64,000 nt of DNA from Adineta vaga (Eukaryota; Animalia; Rotifera). Below the pieces are notes generated by a model. It was not told where the DNA came from, did no database searches, and saw only the letters and a program-made list of their open reading frames with translations. The stretch spans positions 6,200,001 through 6,264,000 of the forward strand of contig CP075493.1 of the NCBI GenBank assembly GCA_021613535.1, in the 5' to 3' direction. Shown here piece after piece: positions 1 to 14,032 of this stretch. Each line of letters begins with the position of its first letter. Within the stretch, counting starts at the first letter, position 1. Made by a program: the position numbers and the translations under genes.

Positions 1-243
1 CATAAGTGAAAAGAGTTCATTTTGTTTTCGAAGTCAGATTTGATCCCAGTGAACTTCAACTCACGTGAACATGTGTGTTTTTCTTTCTTTCTTTCTTTTA
101 TTGTTATATGTATGTAATGATGAAGAGAACAGTAGTGATCATTGATTTCGTCTCTGCTTTATTTTTCTTTTCTTTTACACAATTAAAAACAAAAATTATA
201 GAAATATAAATCTGACGGACGACAAAATCAACAAGTCTTTTCT

Positions 244-3200
244 TTATTTTGGTTGTCGTCGTGCTCGAGGAAGTGATGTTGTCGGTCGTTTAGCTAAAAG
301 AAAGGAGTATAGGAACAATGATATATAATCCATAGACTTACAGTAATCAACAGTTTGATCTCTACTTGCTGGTTGACTTGAAACATTGTCTGAAGTGTTC
401 TTATTTCTAGAGAAATGAATGTTTACAATTCGGTTGAATCTTGATTGAAACAAATTTATATTTACTCTAAAACTGTTTGTTTTTCATGTTCTGTAAGAAT
501 TCTTTCATCAGAAAATAGTATGGTATTATATGGTACTTCTGGATATTCTCTTCCATCTTCTTGATCATTCATTCTATCCAATATACCAGTCCAAACAAGT
601 AAATCATCGACAAGTAACTATTTATGAAACATTGATTTTTCAAAATAAAACATGAAAATAAATATTTACATACAGAGAATTCTCGTACACCACGATTAGG
701 TGTTTTCGCATAATTCCATATTTTAATCATTGATACAGATGTTGGTCGATCGAAAATAACGAAAACGCGATTAATCTATGTTATCAAAAACAATGTATCA
801 TTGTTTTCTATACAATATTTCAATGAGATTACATACAACATTCGGTAGAATTGGTGCAATCCAAGAATGACTTCCATCGATATCATCATTTTCTCCATCG
901 ATTAATTTATCTGGTGTACGTACGTCATCATCTGTACCTGGATTTAATGCATTTACACTATGAGGATATGCAGCAATATCTATGAGAAATCGAATAAATG
1001 TTTCATCTCTCGAATTTTTATCAAAGTAAATGTATTACTCTGTTGGATTAAACCAATACGTTCACCATTATCATCATAAAATTCGATACCATTTAAACCA
1101 ATATAATATGCATCACCATGTGTTGAATGAAGTTGAAATTCGAAAATGACTATAAAAAAGAGAGAAGATTTTCTTTGTATTGAATGTAAAACTACACTCG
1201 TTCAGATAACTTACAGCCATTTGGCATTGATATATCTAAATCAGGATTTTGATTACTCGCTGCTGCTTGTCTAAATTTTGAAAAAGATTATTTCGTTTGA
1301 ATATTTCTATGAAGATCACCTTACCGCTGTTGTTTTTGTTGGTCTGGAAGCATTGTTTTCGCATGTGCAAAGACAATTTCTTGTACAAAATCAAAATAGC
1401 AATGACCAGGTGCACGTCGTAACAGAAATCCTTGTCGTGGTGAAATAATCTTATCGTTCAATTGAACATGAAGACGTTTAATCTATTTGTTTTTGTAAAA
1501 TAAACCAAATCAATTCTCAATGTTTTTCTTCTTCTTACAATCGAAAGAAAAACTCACCCCTCGATAAGTATCATCCGGTGATTGATTATAGTTCCATATA
1601 CGTAAACCATGCAATTTTTTTGATACACTTAATGTAATCATAATACGCACCCGATCGTTCCTATTAAATGGACATAACCACATATGATTCGGATGACATG
1701 TCACATTTTCACTGTCGAATAAACTTGATGAAACGAAAAGAGAAGAATAATGAAATTTTCATTGTATCCTTTTTATCTTACTTTTCAAGTTTCTGAACAG
1801 CATTTGTATAATTCGACAGGACAGTAATATCTCGTGGACGAGCATCATATGTTTGAATGACACAATCAGCATCATTAACATCGACAACTTCAAGACCTGT
1901 TAAACCACAAAAATCTGGATCACCCCATGTATCTGTGACTGTTAAAATTAATTCTAAAAAACACATAGATAAATCAAATTAATATTCGTTCTGATGTGAA
2001 ATTATTTCCGGACTGTATGCCTCATTCATAGTCAACCAAAATCATATGATTTCCTTTATCAAGAACTTCATCGATGAGAATTGAAGTACGTACTTTTTCC
2101 ATAATATTCCGGTACTTGACTTGCAGCTGATGAACGCAAAGCAGTGAACGGTCTTCGTAACATTGCACGTGTCATTGGTCGAACCTAAATGGAATAAAAC
2201 TCTTCGATTCAAAAGAAAAAAAAAGTAATTGATTTCATCGATATACATCTGTTCCTGGACTTGGCGGACGATTCGTAGCTGTTTTCATATTATCATCATC
2301 ATCTTGAGCTGCTTCTTGATCAATATACATTTCATCATAAGTCGAGATTTTCTCCAGAATTCTTTCTTCAGTAGTAAATAAAATAGTCTAAAAAATTGAT
2401 TAGGAAAAAGAAAAGAAAGAAGTCGTGTTTCATTCTTGTTAACACATACTTCGCCGTAAGAAGATGGATCGTTACTAGCATTGATATTTCCACAAGCTTG
2501 AGTGATTTCTCCTTTAAAAATAATACGACCATCAAGTGCAATTTCTACATCTTTTGCGCCACGTGCTGAATGTATACGACTTTTATTATAATTCTTCAAA
2601 AACAAAAACAAACGTATTTCAAACTATTAAAGATATCCATTCTTACCCAAATTCGAATCATTGCAATTTTTGTCGGATGTTCGAATGTAATATAGATGAA
2701 ATGTGGTCGACCACTTGTGAATGGTGCAAGCCACATATGAATATCATCTCGAGTTTTATTAACTCCATCAACTAAGTTTGTTACTACACGTGGATCATTG
2801 CCATATTCAGGAAGAATATTTATATCAGGTGGATCTGCTGTGATCTATAAAAGTAATTTTATTGTTTGAAATAAAAATGAAGGAAAAGAAAAAGAATTGT
2901 GTTTCTGACTTTTTTAATGAGTATTGGATGACCTTCACCTGAAAATAATTCAATACCATTTAATCCGACATAATGACGATCGCCCCATGTTGTTTTTAAA
3001 TTGAAGACTAATTGTTCACCTAGTGGCAATTCAGGAATAGTAAATCTAGAAGAAAAAATGAGAACGATTTTGATTATTCAATAATTCATTAAGATAGTTT
3101 TTCTTTTGTTTCCTACTGTTCTTCATCATTATCATTATCATTTTTTGGAGTTCCACTTGTGAAATATTCATCAATTTTTTCATCTAATAGAATAGAAAAT

Positions 3201-4872
3201 AGTTATGAAATCTCAAGAAATCATTCTTTTCTTTTCTTTTTTGTAGTACTTTCAAGCATTCCACGATGTCTACGACCGAATAGATCAATTTGTGTCATAG
3301 ACTTTTCCAGCCAATCTGTTTGACGATCTAATTATTTCATAGACAATGACATAACTATTACAAAAGAATATAATTTTACCATTAGAACTAGCTTCTCCAA
3401 AAGGACTTCGTTTATTCGATGCTTGTTGTGATTGAGATGGTTTTTTCTCTTCAATTTCTGAATCAATATGAACTTCTCTGAAGTTCAGCAAAACTCGTTT
3501 ATTTATTAAGAAACATACGCAATAGATATAACTTACTTTGGATGGCGAAAATTTTCGAGATCAAGACTATCTACAGTTTTCGATGTTCGTCGTGTACCAG
3601 TAGCAAATAATGGCTGATTCGTTGTATGTGTACTACTAGCATTCTTCGTTAGATCTCCACCTGCCAGTCGTGCTCCTATTCAAATCATAAATATGTCATT
3701 AATCGATGAGTCATCATTTCAACAGTCTCTTCTGTTTCTAATAAGATACTTATTCAATTACCTGGTCGCTTTTCTCCTGGTCTTGGTGCATTATATTTTC
3801 CAGTAATTGGATGCTTCGGTAAATCTCGACGACTCATTTTTTTGTCAAAAAAAAACGTTTGTTTGTCTGACAATCGATCAAAAAAAAAGTGCACGTATCG
3901 TAAAAAAAATCACCATTATATTCCGTCCTTTCTTTCTCTCCTGATCGACGTTGTTAAGATGCCTTCTTAGCTGCGTAACTATCGTTCGCGTGAGAATGAA
4001 GAGCGAGAGAAAGAAAAATCCTTTTCTTTCTATGCTGACTTTCTCTCTTCGTCAATAATGTTCAATTCTAAGAAGTCAAACATAAAAGTATCTTACCTAC
4101 CTACCGGTGTTGAAAGACGATAAGTTTGTTGTTGAGAATTGATTAATCCTGCTGTCGATACATGTTCAAGAGATAAGGCTAAAAAGATTGTATGTAAATA
4201 TCAATAAAGATAAAGAATTGAAAGAAAAAATACATACAGAGACTTTGTTGAATATCAGAATTTTCTTGCGAATTTGATTTCGTATTTCTAAACCAATCTG
4301 GCATCCAACTTTGATCGACTTTTGGTGGGGACATCAAACGATATGTAAGCTGATTATTTACAGATGGTTGTGACTTCGATATTTGACAATGAATATCAGT
4401 TAGAATTGAACCTTGTTCCGTTTTGATCTTTGTTTGTATTGCTGGCATCCATTGACTTCGATGCTGGCGGGGTTTCTTTGTTAAATTAGTCGATGCAAAG
4501 TTTGAATAGAATGGTGAAAGAGTTTCGATACGATTTGATGAACTATCGAGTCTTTTCCGGCTAGCAGATGATGAACGTGGTGGCAGTTTATTATGAACTC
4601 CATTAATATACAATTGAAAACCACTCTCACGTTGTTTTAAAATATCATCTTTGGATTTTTGTTCACTATGATATGCTTTTGATGTTTGATTTTTTTCTTC
4701 TAATTTCTTCAAATATTCACTGTATTTACTACGTGCATCATGACGATATCCGGAAGTCTAATAGATGCATGATAAACAATGTTTAGGAATGAAGAAAAAA
4801 CAATATTGTAGATAATCTTACAGCACTTTGACTGCGAAAAAAGCTTCGTGATGGATCAGGAAAATCAGACAT
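244..4872 (-). CDS. KATNIP: Katanin-interacting protein (KIAA0556), multi-exon, repeated DUF4457 domains
   Basis: Spliced exons give the N-terminus MSDFPDPSRSFF..EYLKKLEEKN..RESGFQLYING and repeated motifs WGDRHYVGLNGIELF, WGDPDFCGLTGLEV, HGDAYYIGLNGIEFYD, RIWNYN, NYNKSRIHSARG. Stop at 244-246. Confidence 0.88.
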
Positions 4873-5307
4873 AACATCCGTAGTAAAGAAAAATATTCTG
4901 AATGTTCATGATACTCTTTTTCAACTGTATGAGACTTCGTTTTTTTGTAAAACTTTGCTGTATAAACATAACTTAGGTTTTCATTTTCAATACGTCCCAT
5001 TGTTCATGTAGAACATTGAGTTAATGGAGGTATCTAAGTAACATGTGCTTTCAATCCCATGGACCAGTATCACTTAACATCGAATTTTAGTAAAACAACG
5101 ATGTTTGTAATTACAAGGTAGATAATTGCTTCATTCTACCAAGAAGATGTCGTTCCTATACGAAAGAGCATCTATAGGAAATTTTTAACCAATAGTAATT
5201 ATAACTTCCTATTATTCTTGCACCATCACTTGTCAATTACTGTTTTGCGGTTAAAACATAGATAAATACGGGCTTCTACATCAGAACTTTATCGTACTTA
5301 CAATTAA

Positions 5308-8147
5308 ATGGCATCGAGCAGTACTACTATAACAGTTTCTGGGCATAATGCTCAATGGGAATGGGAAGGTGATAAGAGTATATGGCAACAATATCCGCTT
5401 AATGTACAACAAGATATCTCTAAGGCATTTGACGGCGGTAAAAAAGAAGTAAGAATTTGAGTTTGTTTTGTATATGAGATTGTTTTCATTCTCTTTCAAG
5501 GTTGACGTTGACATCACTGATGAGATAAGTATGACAGTTAAATTCAATGATATGGTTCAAATTAATAAAAAAACAAAATTTATGCGTCGTATTCGTCTAT
5601 GTATCGAATTCAAAGATAAAAATGGTTATTCAGTTTATGAATGGCAAAATGAAAATAAAAAATGGGAAAGTTACGCTGCCGAAGTAATGATTAAAGTAGC
5701 CGATGCAATAAATAAGGATCAAACTACATTATCTGTTACTTGTCAAACTCGTTCCTATGACATCGATCTGAAGAAACTCACTCAGACAAATACCAGTACC
5801 AATGTTGTACGAAAAATTCGTTGTGTTAAATCAAGTTTGTTTATTTTTCTTTTAAATTACATCGTAAGACATATGTTTTATTTAGTGGCAAAACTACCAT
5901 CAAATACTTCAACCAGTACAGTATCAAATAAACGTTCATTAGAGGACGAAGATGAACCAACAGAAAGTACGACGAAAAAACGTGCAGTATCTAAATCAAC
6001 CGCACCGGAGAGCAACTCAAGTAAAGCAAAAAAAGAATTTGATCGATGATTTGCATTAGTTCTCATTTTATTTGCGTAGTACGTACAGTGACAACAGTTG
6101 CTGGACAAGCTCCAGTCGATGCTTCGTGTACTTCCATGTTAGGAAAAGCTCATGTTTACTGTGAAAATAAAGATATATTTGATTGTATGCTCAATCAAGT
6201 AAGATCGAAAAGATTTCTGTAGTTGAACGAATCAAGATTAATTTTGTTTTAGGCAAATGTTGGAAATAATAATAATAAATTTTATTTAATTCAACTTTTG
6301 GAGGAAAATAATAATAAAAAATATTATGTTTGGTTACGTTGGTAAGATTTTCATTTATGAAATGAATCATGTGTTTATATGTTTTAAATTAGGGGTCGAG
6401 TTGGATATAATGGACAAACAAATTTGGAAAGTTTTGGTGCCAATTTAGACAATGCAAAGCGAACTTTTTGTTCAAAGTATGTATACAACAACACATATTC
6501 TTATATGAATTGATCTTTTGTTTTTCAATAGATTTAGTGACAAAACAAAGAATGATTTTTATCATCGTGATACATTTACTAAATATCCTGGTAAATATGA
6601 TTATGTTCAACTGGACTATAATCCATCGGTAAGTCCAAATTTGTACCTTGATATCAATCTTGACAGTTGTTCTTTTTAGACTTCAAAGAAAAGTGAAGAA
6701 AATGAAGAAAATAAGAAAAAACGTGCAGATACAATGGAAGAACTTAAAAGTCGACCTATACCCGACTCAAAACTTGATAAACGTGTTCAGAATCTTATTG
6801 AACTAGTTTGTAACGTTCGTGCAATGGAAGAAGCATTACTTGAAATGAAATTCGATGCTAAAAAGAATCCCCTAGGTAAACTTAGTTCAGCACAGATTAA
6901 AGCTGGCTATGCAGCATTGAAAGACATCGAAACATTTATCAAAGCAAACAATTTTAATGCTACTTTTGTCGAAGCAAATAATACTTATTATACACGAAGT
7001 ACGTATTCATCGATAAGTTTAATTCGATAGATAGAACTAATGATTTGAAACAATGAGATCTTATGAACAGTTAGAGATTATCATTGAATATTTATTTTAG
7101 TTCCACATGAATTTGGTCGACATGCACCACCATTGATTAAAACGACTCAACAATTAAAACATGAAATTGAATTACTTGAAGCACTTGACGATATTGAAGT
7201 AGCATTTAGTGCTTTAAATACAGATACCAATACTCGTTTGAATCCTATTGATCAACAATATGAACAATTGAAATGTCAATTACATCCTATTGATCCAACT
7301 GATGATATTTACAAACTTATTGAAAAATATCTTCAATCAACTCATGCGACAACACATCAGCAATATAAAATGCAAATTGAAGATATATTTTCGATAGAAA
7401 GAGAAGGAGAACAAACAGCATTTAATGACATTGGAAATAAAATGCTTCTTTGGTAAGTTATGACGAGAAGTTTAATATGAGTAAATACATCTATCTACCT
7501 TTTTCAGGCATGGATCTCGTCTGACTAATTTTGCTGGTATTATGAGTCAAGGTTTACGTATTGCACCACCTGAAGCACCTGTGGTAAGTCGAATCAAACT
7601 TTTCATGAAAATATTCATCCATCTAGAATATACTTTAGACTGGATATATGTTTGGTAAAGGTTTATATTTTGCTGATATGAGTAGTAAAAGTGCTAACTA
7701 TTGTTATACAACACCGACAAAAAATACTGGTCTTGTTCTTCTCTCCGAAGTCAGTTTTATTTTTTTACTCATTGAAATGATTCTTAAGTTTATTCATTAT
7801 AGGTTGCACTTGGCAAATGGAATGAATTATTACATGCCGATAATAATGCTCATAAATTACCAACAGGTTTATCAAGTGTTAAAGCACTTGGTTCCGTAGC
7901 ACCTAATTCTAAAAATGAAATAAAATTGTAAGTTTAATATGATTTGTTCGAATGCGATGATATAAACTTTTCTTTCTTTTTTTTGATAAATAGTGAAAGT
8001 GATATAACAGTACCAATGGGTCCCGGTGAAGCTGCAACAGTAAAGAATTCAAAAGGTTATACATTGAATTATAATGAATATATTGTTTATGATACGAAAC
8101 AAGTTCGATTACGATATGTGATTAAATTGAAATTTTTATATAAATAA
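5308..8147 (+). CDS. PARP2-like poly(ADP-ribose) polymerase: WWE-WWE-WGR-regulatory-catalytic
   Basis: ATG 5308 ([29 protein letters not shown]). Second WWE-like [16 protein letters not shown] domain ([19 protein letters not shown]), PLGKLS regulatory domain, catalytic H-Y-E motifs LWHGS / GLYFAD / YNEYIVY. Confidence 0.92.
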
Positions 8148-8458
8148 AACTCTTCGAATTCAGTGATTTTTGTTTCTGAAAGTTTCGTTGTTGTAAATGT
8201 ATTTGTTTTTTTTGTGAGAATAAAAGTAAAATAAATTTATTTTAATTCTATGAAGTATTTTGAAGTTTGTTATTTGCATGAACTCGTAATATATGTATAT
8301 AAGTGTGATAAAGAAAATTTTATTGAATAGTAACGACATCTACATTAAATTTTGCATGATTTTGAAGGATCTCTTGGCAATACCTCTTTCAAATAACTAT
8401 CAAATGGAGTTAATAGAAAAACGATTCTATTCTGTTTGATAGTATAATACATTGAAAA

Positions 8459-11400
8459 ATGAGTACAGCACTTGGACAACGGAAATCAGAAAAACTCGAG
8501 AAAAGCAAAGGTAATAAAATCTTTCATTGTTCTCGATGAGAATAGAATAGTTCATGAGTTCTACTTCGCAATTCGTCTTCCTTTTCTTTTGTTTCGGATT
8601 CATATGCACTGTTTTTTTAAAAATATTATTTAGACAGAGGTAGAGCTGCTAAAAGTGCCAAAACAACTTCACCTATTGTTGATGGACCTGTTGAATCGGA
8701 TACAACTCGACCACTTGATTCTGAAGAAATTCAAGCCTTAGCTATTCGAGTTGAAGATCTTGAAAAAGTAACATAAAAATGAAATTAATATTTTCATTTA
8801 TGATTTGCTCTAGTTACATCGAGATAAAAGTGGAAAGACATTATTGAATGAAGATAATCAACAAAGTTCTTTTATTGTTAAAAAAACTAAAACAGGTCCA
8901 AAAAAGCAACCGTACGTATGTGCATGATGTTCACTATATTATACTAAAGTTGTTCATGTTTTTTTCCTAAATTATCAAAACAATAGAATACAGGTAGCGA
9001 AGATTGCTCCAGGACAACCGGTACAAGATCAATTAATTAGTTCAGGATTACGATTTGATTCATCAGGAAAATTACTTCCCTATAGTATTCTTGGTTCAGT
9101 AAATGACTATGCTACAGAATTATCAGAAAACGAAGCAACAGAAGTAAGTGTATTTTTGAGAGAAAACTTTGAATAGGATCAAGGCATATGTGTATAGCTT
9201 GGCTCAATGAATCAAACAAAGAAAAGTCTGGATGATATTCCAGAAGCTGGAACATATCCTAAGAAAAGTAGACGATCAACAGGTAGTCCCGATGGTGGTG
9301 CTCGTTCGTTAAATAATTGGAAATTTCGAATGGATGAACGACGACAAGTAATGCAAACAATGTCAAGTAAATATTTCTCATGAGACGAAGAGAAAGTTTA
9401 GAAAACTATGTTCTTTATTATTGTAGAAGAATTAAAACGATCACCAACAACTTTACTAATGAATCAAACTGATCGTTGGCGAGAACGAAAAGAACTTCTT
9501 GATCTCATGGATACAACAATACCATTATTGCAAAATGGAAAAAATTGGCGTTTACATAGTGAATTTTGGGCACAGCAACAATTGATCGGAAATGAAGACA
9601 CAGGAATACAGTAAGAGATGTTACTAATTAGATCTATTTCAATAATCAATGATTTTACTTTGTTCTACAGTACGACATTAACTCGAACAGAAATTGGTTG
9701 TCCATTACCAGTTGAAACGATTGGTAAATCTGATATTGGTCTTCGAGAAACTGGTCTAGATTTAAATGAGAAAACATCTGATGCTTTATACAGACGAGAT
9801 TGGTTTAATTCCGAGTATAGTCTTATATTTCATTGAGAACTAAATCATTCATTTTCATCGCCTAGATATTTGGACAAACGCTTACAGCAATTAAATCCAT
9901 TGATGGAAGAAATTCTTCCACATAAACCTGATCTTTCATCTCTCGAAGTGCTTGGTTACAATACATTACGACGTAAAAGTCAACAGAAAAATGACGTTGA
10001 AGTACTTATTCATAGTAAAACAAATGATCAAGAACAAGATGAAACAGATATCACTGATAATATTCAAATCGATGATGATGAGAAAGAAAATGAAAACTAT
10101 AATGATACACTAGATAATATTCCTGATGTTGTCGATATGCCAATCATGGGTAAATCTTCTTGATGAATATGTACAATCTTATTCATAATATTTCCATTGA
10201 ATAGGTCCAGCATTAAAAATCGATTCTTTCGTTTTTCAACAAATGCCAAATGTTGATGAAAATGAAGAACTTGATTTTATGTATGAAATTCGTGTTCAAT
10301 TTGAAAGTCAAATAAAAGAAAGTGTAATACGTATGGTCGATATAAAAAATGTTGGATCAACTGTATTCTATTACGAATGGCAACAAAAACCATATACAAA
10401 ACCATTTGATATTGTCAATTCGAAAGTTCAACGTTTCTATTTTGATAATCGTACAAGTAAATAGATTTTAACATTTGTATTTTGATTGAACAAAATCATA
10501 TGAATTGTAGCACCTAGATTTCAACGTTATGAGAAACCGCTCTGTTCTCATGAGAGTTATGGTAGAAATTGATTGCTTATTTTTGCTCGAAAGCTCTCTT
10601 CTTTTCTTAAAATATCGAATATCTTTCATTTTATACCCTCCCTCCCTCCCCCGAGCTTGGAAGAAGATCATCCAATTCACATATTTTAGTCGAACAAAAT
10701 CTTTCGAGAAAAATCGAATTTTATTCTTTTGCACTCTTAGTTTCTTAGCTTGCTTTGAAATTCGTTTGCTTCATATCTCTATTTTCGTTTCCATATCTTA
10801 TTTAAGGTTCAATTTTACCCAATGATCATCTGAAACTTTCATTTGTATTCAAATCAAATGAACCAGGAATATTTACTGAACGTTGGCAATTATTAACACG
10901 TCCTGTACTTTGTGGTGGTCGACCCATAATTTTCACATTACGTGGAATCACAACAGAAGAAGATATTCATCGACAAACACGTATTGAAATCGAAGTATGT
11001 TCATTGAAATTTAAAAAAATGAAAATCAAATGTTTTCTTTTTAGCAAATGCTTTTTCATAAAGAAGCTGAAAGTATCGTACGAAAAATTGTCGAAAATAT
11101 TCTGGATAATGTTCGAACACCTGAACGTGCTCGTTCACCCATTGGTTTCTATATGACTGAACAAGAACAATTTGAAGAGAAAAATCCGGATGTAAGAATA
11201 ATTTAGTTAATAAAAACAAAATTCATTTCTTTTCACTCTTAGCTTTACTTTGATTTTGAAATTTTCGAACAAATTAAGAAAATCTATCAACAAATTGCAC
11301 CCAATGATGAAGATCAAAAATGGGATCTATCACTTGATACAATTCGTAATAAAATTCTTGCACTCGATGAAGAAAATCCGGAGAAATCCAATTTACTTGA

Positions 11401-12686
11401 ACAACTTAATCAAGCAATCAATCATCTTACTCTTCGACCATTAGTTCCTGCTGAACAAACGACATATCTAGTTTGGTAAGTGTAAATCTAATATTTCGAA
11501 TTAATCAGCAATTAAAATAATTCGATTAGTTATGATATTATGAATCAATTTATTGATTCATTCGTTGATGAAATGATTGGTATTCATAATAAGATACAAA
11601 CTACGGAACCAGTTACAGAATCCTATCCAGATTTTGATTTATGTACGTAGAAAAGAATTAAGAAATAATCGATAAGGTGCATTCTTATGAAAATTTAGAT
11701 GGTAATGAATTTACTTCATGGAAGAAAGCTTATGAAATTGCAAAACAACAAGAAAGTAAGAGAAGTTCCTATGAAAATTCGATTGAACATGCTTTCACTT
11801 TTGAACTAGGTGAAAAACGTCCTAAAAGTGCTACTGGTGGTGCAGGAAAAGATAAGAAAGGTGCTGCAACGAAAGGTGACAAAGGCGATAAAGCCAAGGT
11901 TAGTATTTCAAATTTTTTCATAACAAAATCGTATTTGACAAATACAGCATTTTGATTATTATGTTATAATTATGAGTGCATAGGACCTGAGTGATGGTTA
12001 GATGTCTTAGATTAAAGTATCTTGTCAATTATTTATATTTTAGAAAGGAGCAGAGAAAAAACCTGCCGCCAAAACGGTAATTATAATGATAATATTTTGA
12101 TTCCAATATCTAATATGATTAATATTTAAGCACAAGTTTTTATTCGCTTCCATATTATTTATAATTTGTGCTATTTTTTTTTATGTAAATAATCAATTTG
12201 AATGATTACGATTAGTTACATCATCACACATAGCGAATTCGGATGATCAGTAATAACGTTTTCTTCTTTTTTTTTGTTCTATTTTAGTCCACAAAGAAAA
12301 CTCCAGCACCACCTCAAACACCTTCTACTGCAAGTAAACGTGGAACTGCTAGTGGTACAAATTCTCAATTGAGTAAACAATCCTCTTTCGTTGACTCCGA
12401 AAAACCTGAACAAGAACGTGTACCATTGACTGAAGAACAAATAGAAGAACGTGCTAAAATTACTCAAGAAGCTTATTTACCAATTTATACATTATTATGT
12501 CACACATTTGATCGTCTTGAACAGGCTTTAGATGATCTATCCGGTAAATCATCAACATACAATGAAGATGTTCTTTATACACAATTAGCTACAACGATAC
12601 AAAATCAATCGCTAAATGTTCTAGATATACTTAAAGATGAATTAACGCGAAATACTATCTCACTAGATATGAACAATTTCTTTTAA
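8459..12686 (+). CDS. MYCBPAP: MYCBP-associated protein-like, multi-exon
   Basis: Spliced motifs GLRFDSSGKLLPYSILGSV, LNNWK, LLMNQTDRWRE, SEFW..IGNEDTGI..TLTRTE, NVGSTVFYYEW and FVFKSNEPGIFTERWQLLTRPVL resemble MYCBPAP. Confidence 0.8.
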
Positions 12687-14032
12687 ATAAATAAATTAAC
12701 TAAATCATTGAAAAAAGTATATTCTTTACGGATGATTGGTAAAAAAAACACCAAATCTTTCAGTTTTAATCAATTAGAGAATCTGTGATAGCTGCACACT
12801 TCCGGCATTATATGAAGCCTTTGCAAAACGATTGCTTTCTGTATTTAGAATTAATCAATAAATTAAGATCGATTATTTATTTAACTCTCATATTGATCCA
12901 TATGAACATCATCTGCTAAGTGTAACGGGAAAGGTGTTTTTGTTCAATGTTCATGTACAATTTTTATCACCATAAAATTGTCACACATCAGTATAATATC
13001 GGTTAGGTGAAAAAATAAAACTGGGCGTAGACAAACGCCTATCTCTAACCTATTAGTATTGCTTCATAACATTCTTTTCGCGTGTCTACCATCTCTTTCC
13101 TTCCTTCGTCTAGATGTGAATAGAAGAGAATAACAATAATAATAACAAGAATAACAAATTCAACAATAATAATGTTTCTTATTTCCTCATGACTAAAACG
13201 CAAAATGTAATGTGTGAAAGTAAATCGTTTCACGAACACCCACGAAGTCATCAAGTTATATTGAAAAAAACAAATCTGACGTCATAAACAATCTCATCAA
13301 CTCAACAAACATTACTCATTGTTGATCAGCATAATGATCACGACGAAAATGCACGCACGTGCATCATATTCTAATTGATTTTTTTCTTCTCCATGCAAGT
13401 GTTAATAGAATAATCGTTAACATACTCGATTCACACACACGTCATTCATCCTGTGAGCAGATTGAAACATTCGAAGTGATTGAGATCAACACTGATAGGA
13501 TGATCAGAGAAATTCTTGTTTGAAGTTTAACTGCTCAATTGATTGATAAAACTATCGAATCGGGATCAATTCAAGGTGATTTCTGATGATATTATAAAAT
13601 AGTATGAATTAGAAAGATAAAACATAAAATGATTTGTGTGAATTTATTTCTTCGTTGAACTTTCAAATCAATTGAATACGAAATAAATAAATGCTTTCAA
13701 TTCTAACGTCATGATTTCCGAAAGTCATTCTCGTTGTATGGACCTTTTAATTTATTCCTAACGGCAAACGGATGTCTATTGAAGTGATCGATTGTTTGTG
13801 ACATACGGAATGTTCGATTGCAACAAGTGAAGTGTTATTAGAACAATAAAAATAGCATTTTTATTTATTTTTTTATACACACATACACACACACAACAAA
13901 ATTGAAATAATACACACGAAAAGAAAAACGAAAGTAAGCGAGAAAAATTCTACCATTGTAGAGAAACATTCTTCACAAATCATCGAATGATTATCAATCC
14001 TACTAAAATGAGGAAAAAAAAAGTTAATAAAA

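Noticed and set aside
10560-10685. RNase P RNA-like motifs (AGAAA, GCTCG..CGAGCTTGGAA, CCAATTCA) in the MYCBPAP intron
   Set aside because: No CR-I motif or P4 pairing partner could be found, so it is kept only as a generic structured intron.
12781-13000. Possible extra RNF220 exons or gene relic on the minus strand
   Set aside because: Translations lack the expected CxxC and contain stops.
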